Of a DNA stretch of 32,000 bases, positions 1-6,651 are shown one piece after another. The notes beneath the pieces were generated by a model. That model made no database searches. It was not told the origin of the DNA and saw nothing but the letters and a program-made list of their open reading frames with translations. A program made the translations under genes and the position numbers. The stretch comes from Candidatus Saccharimonadota bacterium (GTDB lineage Bacteria; Patescibacteriota; Patescibacteriia; 2-12-FULL-60-25): the NCBI GenBank assembly GCA_022843095.1, contig JALHOH010000001.1, positions 240,001 through 272,000 on the forward strand, read 5' to 3'. How positions within the stretch are numbered: position 1 is the stretch's first letter; every line of letters begins with the position of its first letter.

Positions 1-1193
1 CTGGGGAAGTTGTAGTGGTGGAAATACCGCTTTTTAGCTTGGTATTCCATCGTATCCAGCGTTTGTTCCATGCCCGGCGATCCAAGTGTGACGCTCGAAA
101 GCACCTGTGTGGATCCACGCTGGAACAATCCGGATCCATGTGTACGCGGCATCACCCCAACCATCGCGCCCAGCGGACGGATCTCGTCTAATCCGCGGCC
201 ATCGGCGCGCCATTTTTCATCCAAGATTTTGCGGGTGATTTCGGCGTCGACAAACGCATCTACCGTTTCTTCGGCATATTTGCGCTTTTCTTTGCCAATC
301 CCGAGCTCGGCGAGATGAGCGACCAGATCCTGCTTCAGACGTCGAACTGCGGCTTTGCGATCTGCCTTGGTCCGAAGTGGTTCGGCAAACAGCAAACCAA
401 TTTTCGTGCGCAGATAGGCCTCTGCCTTTTCGTGAATAGCGGCGATGTCTGCCTTTTTGGCGGCGTCATCTTCGTCCTTCGGCGCCTGCCAGTTGAGCTT
501 GTTCTTTCCAACTTCTGCGCGGACACGTTCCACGAGGTCGATGATGGGACCGAGTGCAGCGTGCGCAAATTGCATGGCTTCCAGGACGAGTTCTTCGGAG
601 ACGCGCTTTGCGCCCGCTTCCACCATGAGCGTTTTATCCGCCGTTCCTGCCACGACCAAATCCAAATCTCCGCCATCGGTTTCGGCGTAGGTCGGCATCA
701 GGATAAATTTTCCGTCTTTGCGTCCAACACGGACGGCGGCAATTGGACCGTTCCACGGAATATCCGAAATCGCGAGCGCACAGGATGCGCCAATGAGTCC
801 CGGGATATCCGCGTCGTTTTCTTGGTCATGCGAAAACACGGTCGCGACCACGGCGACTTCATTTTTGAATCCGTCCGGAAACAGTGGGCGCACTGCGCGA
901 TCGATGAGGCGTCCGGAGAGAATGGCTTCATCCGTCGGGCGACCTTCGCGCTTGATGAACCGCGAGCCTTTGATGCGGCCGGCGGCATACATGCGCTCTT
1001 CAAAATCGACCTGAAGCGGAAAAAAATCTCCGTCTTCACGAGCTTCTCCCAACGTTGCGGTGCAAAGCACCACCGTGTCTCCAAATTGGACGACACAAGA
1101 CCCGTTGGCTTGCTGGGCAAGTTGGCCGGTTTTGATGGACAGCGTCCGTCCGGCAACCTCCATGGAATATTCTTTTGCGTGCGGAATAGACAT
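1..1193 (-). CDS. pnp: polynucleotide phosphorylase (PNPase), N-terminal ~397 aa; the rest lies beyond the window start
   Basis: Absent from the ORF track because it runs off the window. Reverse-strand translation from the ATG (complement of 1191-1193) reads MSIPHAKEYSMEVAGRTLSIKTGQLAQQANGSCVVQFGDTVVLCTA..FPLQVDFEERMYAAGRIKGSRFIKREGRPTDEAILSGRLIDRAVRPLFP..RADGRGLDEIRPL..RTHGSGLFQRGSTQVL. This is the RNase PH-type N-terminus of PNPase, and the frame stays open to position 1. Confidence 0.9.
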   Translation of the reverse strand, partial: MSIPHAKEYSMEVAGRTLSIKTGQLAQQANGSCVVQFGDTVVLCTATLGEAREDGDFFPLQVDFEERMYAAGRIKGSRFIKREGRPTDEAILSGRLIDRAVRPLFPDGFKNEVAVVATVFSHDQENDADIPGLIGASCALAISDIPWNGPIAAVRVGRKDGKFILMPTYAETDGGDLDLVVAGTADKTLMVEAGAKRVSEELVLEAMQFAHAALGPIIDLVERVRAEVGKNKLNWQAPKDEDDAAKKADIAAIHEKAEAYLRTKIGLLFAEPLRTKADRKAAVRRLKQDLVAHLAELGIGKEKRKYAEETVDAFVDAEITRKILDEKWRADGRGLDEIRPLGAMVGVMPRTHGSGLFQRGSTQVLSSVTLGSPGMEQTLDTMEYQAKKRYFHHYNFP

Positions 1194-1217
1194 AGCGTTA
1201 GCAAATAGTGTGCTCCT

Positions 1218-1254
1218 CCGGAAACGGAGTGCATAGAGGCACCGGCGTTTCCGG
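1218..1254 (-). promoter_or_regulatory. stem-loop in the pnp 5' leader
   Basis: 9-bp stem CCGGAAACG (1218-1226) pairs with CGTTTCCGG (1246-1254). It sits between the upstream terminator and the pnp start. pnp leaders carry a processing hairpin in other bacteria, but function here is inferred only. Confidence 0.3.
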
Positions 1255-1261
1255 ACGAGCA

Positions 1262-1291
1262 GAGGAAAACCATCGCCCAAACGGGCGATGG
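1262..1291 (-). terminator. intrinsic terminator after the NYN-domain gene
   Basis: Stem CCATCGCCC (1270-1278) pairs with GGGCGATGG (1283-1291) around an AAAC loop. A TTTTCC run follows on the minus strand. Confidence 0.6.
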
Positions 1292-1295
1292 TGTA

Positions 1296-1931
1296 TTAAA
1301 AGGTGATCTTGACCTTACGGCCTCCGGACGCGGTTTTTCCGCTCCGGCGTGGCGTCGCAGGGGCATCCGGCGCCGGTTCATGGTGCGCCGGGGCGATCTC
1401 CGGGGTTTCGGCATCCGCGCCAGGGCGTCGCGCACGGCTGTGCATGAGCACATGGGTCGCTTCGGCGGAAAGGTTGGTGAAGGTACTCGCCGTTTCCTTT
1501 AAGCGAGCGTTTGTGGATTCCTCGAAGGCGACCACCTCCGCAAGCACACCGTTCGCCTTCAGGTACTCCACGAGCGGGACAAAATCCCCATCGCCCGTGA
1601 CCAGCACCACGGCATCCACGCGGGGCGCCATCGCCATCGCATCAACTGCCATGCCGACGTCCCAGTCCGCCTTTTTTGCGCCGCTTGCGAATTCTTGAAC
1701 GTCTTTTACTTTGAGTTCAATGCCGGATTTGGTCAGTGCATCAAAAAAGGCATCTTCTTCGCCCGTTTTTGATTTTGCGACATAGGCGACCGCGCGAATA
1801 AGCTGCCGGCCCGCAAGCGCGGCTTCAACGACCGCGCCAAAATTGACGCGTGCGCCGAACAGATGTTTTGCGGAATGGTACATGTTTTGCGTGTCGATAA
1901 AGATGGCGACGCGCTGAAAAGAGTGTTTCAT
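1296..1931 (-). CDS. NYN-domain (LabA/DUF88-like) predicted ribonuclease
   Basis: Translation VAIFIDTQNMYHSAKHL..RAVAYV..ADWDVGMAVDAMAMA..VDAVVLVTGDGDFVPLVEYLKANG..VEVVAFE matches the LabA-like NYN/PIN fold signature (IDxxN, D-V, SGDGDF-like). The C-terminal tail is basic and Pro/Ala-rich. Confidence 0.8.
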   Translation of the reverse strand: MKHSFQRVAIFIDTQNMYHSAKHLFGARVNFGAVVEAALAGRQLIRAVAYVAKSKTGEEDAFFDALTKSGIELKVKDVQEFASGAKKADWDVGMAVDAMAMAPRVDAVVLVTGDGDFVPLVEYLKANGVLAEVVAFEESTNARLKETASTFTNLSAEATHVLMHSRARRPGADAETPEIAPAHHEPAPDAPATPRRSGKTASGGRKVKITF

Positions 1932-2018
1932 ACAGGAAGGGCAAAGGATGCGCCCTCAAGAAAAGAATCAATGAACAATTCAAAGAATAGCAGGTTTTAT
2001 GCGAAAAATCAAGCGAAA

Positions 2019-3200
2019 CTATTCCTGAGGAAGCGAGAAGAACTGCCCGAGTCCCGGCGGGGGAGTCTGCGCGGTACGCGGCGCACGGATGGCGTCGGGT
2101 TTATCGTAACGGAAATTCCATGTTTCACGACGTTCCGCCCGCTTGATTAGGATATTTGTGCAGCCCGTTGCCTGCGCGCGGGCTGATTCTGACGGGCATC
2201 CGGCACCGCGACGTGTTTCTTCGCGGGCGATGCGTTCGGCGCGCACAAGACGTTTTTGGCCAACATGAACGGTGAAGGTGAATTGCGCCATCTGTCGCGC
2301 CGTTTCGGTCATTTCTTGCTGGATCCGTGCCTTGGTTGCAGCTTCATCAAAGGGTTGTTTCGCCCGTTCGGCGCGTGCGCGTTGATCAGCGAGAAGAGCG
2401 AGTGCTGCATTCGACTGATACCGCATCTTGAACGTCACCTCTGTTCCGTTTGCGGTTTTGCGCTCTCGAATTGTTCCGGGATCGACCTCCATCCGATTGG
2501 CGAGTGCGGCAATGACCGCGATGTTTGCGCCAAACTCGCGAAGATCTTTGGGGAGCGGAGGAGCGGCTTGGACGTTGAAGATGGGGTCCACCTTCCCGAC
2601 CCACCAGGCGCCGATCGATCGACGGAGGACGGCTTGATCTCCTCCGGCGCTGCCGTTCCAGATGCCGAGCGGTACTTCGGCGGTTCGTACATATGTTTGC
2701 GATCCGACCTGAACCCATTCGACACGGAGCGGCCGATTGAACATCCGCAATGACGCGCGCACCGGAGCCGGGTAGTCATCGATTCGTTTCCATCCTTCGG
2801 CAAACAGTGGAATCGGAAGTTCACGTTCATTCGTGCGTAATGATTCCAAAACGATGCGACCTTCTGACAGGTAACCCGGTGCGGTCGAGGTCGGGATGGC
2901 GCGTTGTTCTGCACGCACCACGTACGAGCTGATGCGAGCGCCCGTGCCCGGTTCATAGGTACAGAGTCGCAGTCCCGCAGACGTGGCGGGTGTGCACGTT
3001 TCTTTTTCGGCGACCTGTTTTGCGCGTTCCGTGAATTGGGGGGTGGTGGTCGCGTGATACTGCTGGACGTAGGTCACGGCGATCGGAAGCGGCGGGGGAT
3101 CAAGCAGGATCGCGCGAATGGCATCCGAAGAAATGGCGGCCTGTACAGGCGCGGCGATTGCACAGAGCGCGAGGCAGACAAGTAAAGAAAACGCACGCAT
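2019..3200 (-). CDS. secreted hypothetical protein (393 aa)
   Basis: I moved the start to the internal ATG (complement of 3198-3200). This gives a classic signal peptide, MRAFSLLVCLALCAIAAPVQA. The longer ORF-track start would overlap the divergent HD gene start. I recognise no family. Confidence 0.6.
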   Translation of the reverse strand: MRAFSLLVCLALCAIAAPVQAAISSDAIRAILLDPPPLPIAVTYVQQYHATTTPQFTERAKQVAEKETCTPATSAGLRLCTYEPGTGARISSYVVRAEQRAIPTSTAPGYLSEGRIVLESLRTNERELPIPLFAEGWKRIDDYPAPVRASLRMFNRPLRVEWVQVGSQTYVRTAEVPLGIWNGSAGGDQAVLRRSIGAWWVGKVDPIFNVQAAPPLPKDLREFGANIAVIAALANRMEVDPGTIRERKTANGTEVTFKMRYQSNAALALLADQRARAERAKQPFDEAATKARIQQEMTETARQMAQFTFTVHVGQKRLVRAERIAREETRRGAGCPSESARAQATGCTNILIKRAERRETWNFRYDKPDAIRAPRTAQTPPPGLGQFFSLPQE

Positions 3201-3235
3201 AAAGAATACGGTCAGAATACCAGAAAATCCGTCGC

Positions 3236-3264
3236 TTGACCGCTGGAGGGGTGACACGTACAAC
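3236..3264 (+). promoter_or_regulatory. candidate sigma70-type promoter for the HD-domain gene
   Basis: TTGACC (3236-3241), a 17-nt spacer, then TACAAC (3259-3264). GGAGGTG lies 5 nt upstream of the ATG at 3294. Confidence 0.3.
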
Positions 3265-3293
3265 GTGGGCGGCTCACTTCTTGGAGGTGGTGC

Positions 3294-4823
3294 ATGAACT
3301 TTCTCAATCGTTGTCGAAGTATCAAGGATGGCGTGCATCGAACGATTACGCTCACGGCAGAAGAGATGGCCGTGATCGATCATCCGCTGTTTCAGCGGTT
3401 ACGCGAGATCCATCAGACGGGACTCCTGTACCTGGTGGCACCGACGGCAACACACCGTCGGTTCATGCATTCGATCGGTGTCCTGCAGATGGCGCAACGT
3501 CTGTTCGATGCGTTGGGGAGAGGGTCGGAGGCGGCGCAGGCAAAGCTCTACCCCGTATCGGAGGCAGGCGTCGGTGACGCGGTGCGCTTCTCGACCTTTC
3601 CGGAAGAGGTGCTCCGCCAGGTTCAGCGAACGTTACGTCTCGCGGCGTTGGTTCATGACTTGGGACATGGGCCACTCTCTCATGCGTTCGATACGTTCGC
3701 GCCGAAGCGGACGGATGTGGCGCGGTTTCTTTCGGATCCGCGTCTTGCGTCCATCGCAGCGCATGCGCAGGTGTTGCTGGAAGGGAAGGATGGATTGCTT
3801 CGGCATGAAGCGGTGTCCTGCATCCTGTTCGCCACCATCTGGTCTGAACTGGAGGCGGCGCAGAAGATTGGTCCCGATGCATCCTGGATGCCGGCGGCGG
3901 TTGCGGCGATCCTGCTGAATACATCGCCTTCAACGACCGTTCCAGAGATGCTCCGCCCGTTCGTCCCGTTCATTCGGGATTTGGTCGCGTCGGCGCCGGT
4001 GGATGCGGATCGCATGGATTATCTCCTGCGCGATAGCCAAGCCTTTGGCGTGACCTACGGACAGTACGAACCGGATCGCATTCTGAAATCCGCGCTCTGT
4101 GCGCGTGGGCAGGATGATACGGACGGTCGGCCGACCTACCGCGTCGGATGGCGTCAGAGCGGGATGTCCGCCATCGTGCAGTTCGTGTTCGCTCGGTTCT
4201 TCATGTTCCAGCAGATGTATGGGCACAAGACCTATCGCGGGTTCGAGCTCATGCTGAAGCGGATCGCGGAGGTGGCGCGAGAGCGCGGCATCGCCTTCGT
4301 GAATGCGCAGACGCTGGATGAGTTCACCGAACAGTATGAGCGGTTTAGTGATGATGCGTTTCTTCGGACGCTGTCCGGAGAAATGCCGTCACTCGTCGCT
4401 CTTCCAAAGGAGATCACCGTGCTGACGAGACGCATTCGTATGCGTCATCCGTGGAAACGCGTGTACGAGTTCCAGGAGGATCTTTGGGGCAAGGAAGAGG
4501 CGTTGCTCGAGGCGCTTCGCGCATCTGCTCCTGCTACAAAGCTCATCCTCGACATCCGTCCGATCAACGCCATGAAGGACCTGGAGCACGGTTCGCGCGT
4601 GTATCGGTTGGATCCCACCGGACGCTACAGTCGTCGGGCGAGCCGTCTCACGGGAGAACGATCGTGGGTGTCGGAATCTCGACTGCTGGAAGGGTTGAAA
4701 GATCAGCGGTTGGCACGCATCTACCTTCAATCGGATGGGACGTCCGAAGATCGTCTGCGATACCACGCGTTGCGCAAACGGGCGGTGGAAATCGCCTCCG
4801 AGATCTTGCTGCAAACGTGGTGA
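3294..4823 (+). CDS. HD-domain phosphohydrolase, dGTPase/SAMHD1-like (dNTP triphosphohydrolase-like)
   Basis: Motifs THRRFMHSIGV, LVHDLGHGPLSHAFD and VDADRMDYLLRDS are the H..HD..D metal-binding set of the dNTPase-type HD family. There is a strong Shine-Dalgarno sequence (GGAGGTG). Confidence 0.85.
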   Translation: MNFLNRCRSIKDGVHRTITLTAEEMAVIDHPLFQRLREIHQTGLLYLVAPTATHRRFMHSIGVLQMAQRLFDALGRGSEAAQAKLYPVSEAGVGDAVRFSTFPEEVLRQVQRTLRLAALVHDLGHGPLSHAFDTFAPKRTDVARFLSDPRLASIAAHAQVLLEGKDGLLRHEAVSCILFATIWSELEAAQKIGPDASWMPAAVAAILLNTSPSTTVPEMLRPFVPFIRDLVASAPVDADRMDYLLRDSQAFGVTYGQYEPDRILKSALCARGQDDTDGRPTYRVGWRQSGMSAIVQFVFARFFMFQQMYGHKTYRGFELMLKRIAEVARERGIAFVNAQTLDEFTEQYERFSDDAFLRTLSGEMPSLVALPKEITVLTRRIRMRHPWKRVYEFQEDLWGKEEALLEALRASAPATKLILDIRPINAMKDLEHGSRVYRLDPTGRYSRRASRLTGERSWVSESRLLEGLKDQRLARIYLQSDGTSEDRLRYHALRKRAVEIASEILLQTW

Positions 4824-4832
4824 ATACCAAAA

Positions 4833-4860
4833 CCCCCTCCAAACGTGGAGGGGGTCTTTT
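4833..4860. terminator. bidirectional intrinsic terminator between the convergent HD gene and rpsO
   Basis: Stem CCCCCTCCA pairs with TGGAGGGGG around an AACG loop. It is flanked by TCTTTT on the plus strand and TTTTGG on the minus strand. Confidence 0.7.
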
Positions 4861-4865
4861 GATGG

Positions 4866-5126
4866 TTAGATCTTGAGCTTGGCCATCAAGTCGTCGTACT
4901 GCTTGGCATCCGTGCGCTTCAAGTAGCGCATGAGGCGGCGGCGTTCGCCGACCTTCTTGATCAACCCACGGCGGGAAGAGAAGTCCTTTTTGTGCATCCG
5001 GAGGTGCTCGGTGAGCTCCTTCACTTCTTCCGTCAGGATGGCGATTTGCACCTGCGGAGAACCGGTGTCGGTCGCGTGGACCTTGAATTTCTCAATGATT
5101 TTCTTCTTCTTGTCTGGTGACAACAT
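4866..5126 (-). CDS. rpsO: 30S ribosomal protein S15
   Basis: 86 aa: MLSPDKKKKIIEKFKVHATDTGSPQVQIAILTEEVKELTEHLRMHKKDFSSRRGLIKKVGERRRLMRYLKR. This is the canonical S15 sequence. Confidence 0.95.
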   Translation of the reverse strand: MLSPDKKKKIIEKFKVHATDTGSPQVQIAILTEEVKELTEHLRMHKKDFSSRRGLIKKVGERRRLMRYLKRTDAKQYDDLMAKLKI

Positions 5127-5208
5127 AGGAAGAGATAAGCGCGTTCGGCAGGAAACCCCGCCAAAGCGTAATGAATTCGTGGCTTGAACCTACCATTGGA
5201 CGCGAAGG

Positions 5209-5439
5209 ATGGCAAGGGGTACGCTTTTCTCCCGGAGGTTCCTCATGACTGAGCCGAAAACGATTCCCTCCAAGGAGAATCCTTCCCCGGAGACGACGCC
5301 TGCTTCTCCTGCGGAGGTGGGGTGGACGACGGATCTGTTTCCGCCACACGGTGAGCCGAAGACTTCTTCTACGGAGGATGGGTCACAACGCGGAACTGCG
5401 GATTTGCACGACCCTTTTTCTCCGGATTGGCGACTGTAG
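5209..5439 (+). CDS. small hypothetical protein, Pro/Ser/Thr/Glu-rich (predicted disordered)
   Basis: An open frame followed directly by a plus-strand terminator. It has low complexity, no recognisable family, and an alternative start at the MTEPK methionine. Confidence 0.3.
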   Translation: MARGTLFSRRFLMTEPKTIPSKENPSPETTPASPAEVGWTTDLFPPHGEPKTSSTEDGSQRGTADLHDPFSPDWRL

Positions 5440-5461
5440 CCGATCCTCGTTCTTTTTTCTG

Positions 5462-5490
5462 CCCCGCGCCATCCTGGTGCGGGGTTTTCT
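5462..5490 (+). terminator. intrinsic terminator
   Basis: Stem CCCCGCGCC pairs with GGTGCGGGG (one G-U pair), loop ATCCT, then TTTTCT. Confidence 0.6.
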
Positions 5491-5523
5491 AAAAAAGAAC
5501 ACCCCGTTTAGTCGAAACGGGGT
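5491..5523 (-). terminator. intrinsic terminator after the 72-aa ORF
   Basis: Stem ACCCCGTTT (5501-5509) pairs with AAACGGGGT (5515-5523). On the minus strand GTTCTTTTTT follows. Confidence 0.6.
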
Positions 5524-5538
5524 GAGAGGGTGCGGCGC

Positions 5539-5757
5539 TCACGGAAGGAACCGGAGGTCGCGAATGACGACGCTCGTGGGCGGGGATCCACGCATGAGAA
5601 TGAGCGCCGGGTGATTTGGAGAAAGGCGTTGGATCTCGAGAAGGCGCGCGAGGCGCTCCTCGGGGGTCGAGAAGCCTTTCCCGACCACAACCCGAACGGG
5701 CTGGTCTCGATAAAGAGCGGATTGCGTCGTACGAAGTTCTTTTTCGGTGGCTTGCAT
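5539..5757 (-). CDS. small hypothetical protein (72 aa)
   Basis: I chose an internal ATG within the 137-aa track ORF because GAAGGAGAG lies 8 nt upstream. The product starts MQATEKELRTTQSALYRDQPVRVVVGKGFSTPEERLARLLE. The upstream part of the track ORF looks like non-coding sequence. Confidence 0.45.
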   Translation of the reverse strand: MQATEKELRTTQSALYRDQPVRVVVGKGFSTPEERLARLLEIQRLSPNHPALILMRGSPPTSVVIRDLRFLP

Positions 5758-5800
5758 GATCAGGGCTCTCCTTCGTAGAGGGGGTCGAACGCAGATGCCC

Positions 5801-5841
5801 GGCAAACGAAACCGCCCCTGGGTCTTGCGACTCAGGGGCGG
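5801..5841 (-). terminator. 13-bp GNRA-capped hairpin plus a U-rich tract (terminator or attenuator) upstream of the 72-aa ORF
   Basis: On the minus strand CCGCCCCTGAGTC pairs with GACCCAGGGGCGG around a GCAA tetraloop, followed by TTTCGTTT. It lies about 45 nt upstream of the Shine-Dalgarno sequence of the 5757 start. Confidence 0.5.
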
Positions 5842-6030
5842 CACGTGTTGTTGCCTAGGAACGATGGGATTTACCCATGCTCTATCCCCGAGTCGGAAGA
5901 CGTAACGCAAATAAACGTGACCTTCGTCGCGTTCATAAGCGCCATCGTCCAACGTGCTGCGGGCATAGCGTTCGTAACTCTACTGTACGGAAGGGCGGAA
6001 ATACCGTCAAACCGCTCTGATGTGGATAAG

Positions 6031-6060
6031 GAAAAACACCCGAACCAGGAGGTCGGGTGT
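6031..6060 (-). terminator. intrinsic terminator after the 166-aa gene
   Basis: On the minus strand ACACCCGACC..GGTTCGGGTGT forms the stem and TTTTTC follows. It begins 5 nt after the stop codon. Confidence 0.6.
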
Positions 6061-6064
6061 TTGA

Positions 6065-6565
6065 TCAGGTCCCTTTAAGCAGGGCGAACAGATTATGGAG
6101 CGCGGCAAGAAACTCGGGCTCCATGGCGAGCGCCTCGTGGATGCGCTTCGGATGCTGCTCGTAGTGACGCGAAAGTTTGAGCAGCGTTTCCGTGAGTAGC
6201 TCGGAGTCTGCGCACCCAAGTTCGTTCTTGGCGAGCACGGCCAGTAGTTGAAGTGCGCGTCGATTCTGAAACGCCGCAAGCGTCACCGCCGCATTCCGCT
6301 CCTCTTCGAGCTGCGCGCAACGGGTACGAAGCGCGAGAAGCTCCGTTGACTCCTTTGTGGGGAGCGGCGGCGGCCCGGTTGCCACCGTTTTTGGGAGCGG
6401 CGGCGGCGAGGGGGGAGATCCGGTGGCCGTGATGGGTGCAACGGGTGGAGCGGGCACCTCGTTGAAGCCGCGGGTGGTGGCGCGCTTGCGCCCGGTGGGT
6501 TCTGAGCCTTTGGGCGTATCGACCACGCCCCATTTGCTGCCAGAATCACTCGATTTCTTCTCCAT
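6065..6565 (-). CDS. hypothetical protein (166 aa): Pro-rich N-terminal half, helical C-terminal half
   Basis: I chose the MEKKSSDSG start (complement of 6563-6565), which has GGAGG 6 nt upstream. The sequence contains PPSPPPLP and PPPLP tracts followed by a coiled-coil-like segment, LALRTRCAQLEEERNAAV. Confidence 0.55.
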   Translation of the reverse strand: MEKKSSDSGSKWGVVDTPKGSEPTGRKRATTRGFNEVPAPPVAPITATGSPPSPPPLPKTVATGPPPLPTKESTELLALRTRCAQLEEERNAAVTLAAFQNRRALQLLAVLAKNELGCADSELLTETLLKLSRHYEQHPKRIHEALAMEPEFLAALHNLFALLKGT

Positions 6566-6651
6566 GAAAACCTCCAAGGTCCTCCCTATAGATAAGGAGA
6601 AAAAAGGGACAATTGTCAATACTCCCCGAGGCTTGGTACCGTGCCATCACT

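Noticed and set aside
315-1208. 297-aa plus-strand ORF (with overlapping ORFs 335-676 minus, 445-690 plus and 718-1014 plus)
   Set aside because: It lies antisense to, or out of frame with, a clear PNPase reading frame on the minus strand. The translations are Cys/Arg/Phe-rich with no recognisable motifs.
698-1453. 251-aa minus-strand ORF spanning the pnp start and the NYN gene end
   Set aside because: It is the wrong frame of pnp and crosses an intergenic terminator. The translation is Arg/Pro/Ser-rich and nonsense-like.
5780-6030. tmRNA, suggested by a GGGG start and a GTTCGACCCCC T-loop-like string
   Set aside because: There is no acceptor/T-arm pairing, no CCA-proximal 3' end, and no plausible tag reading frame ending in a hydrophobic Ala-rich peptide on either strand.
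6613-6651. Upstream TTG start for leuS given by the ORF track
   Set aside because: The extra 13 residues (MSILPEAWYRAIT) precede a methionine that aligns with the usual LeuRS N-terminus (..HKWQEVW). The longer form would also overlap the divergent gene's start region. This is uncertain, so I kept 6652.
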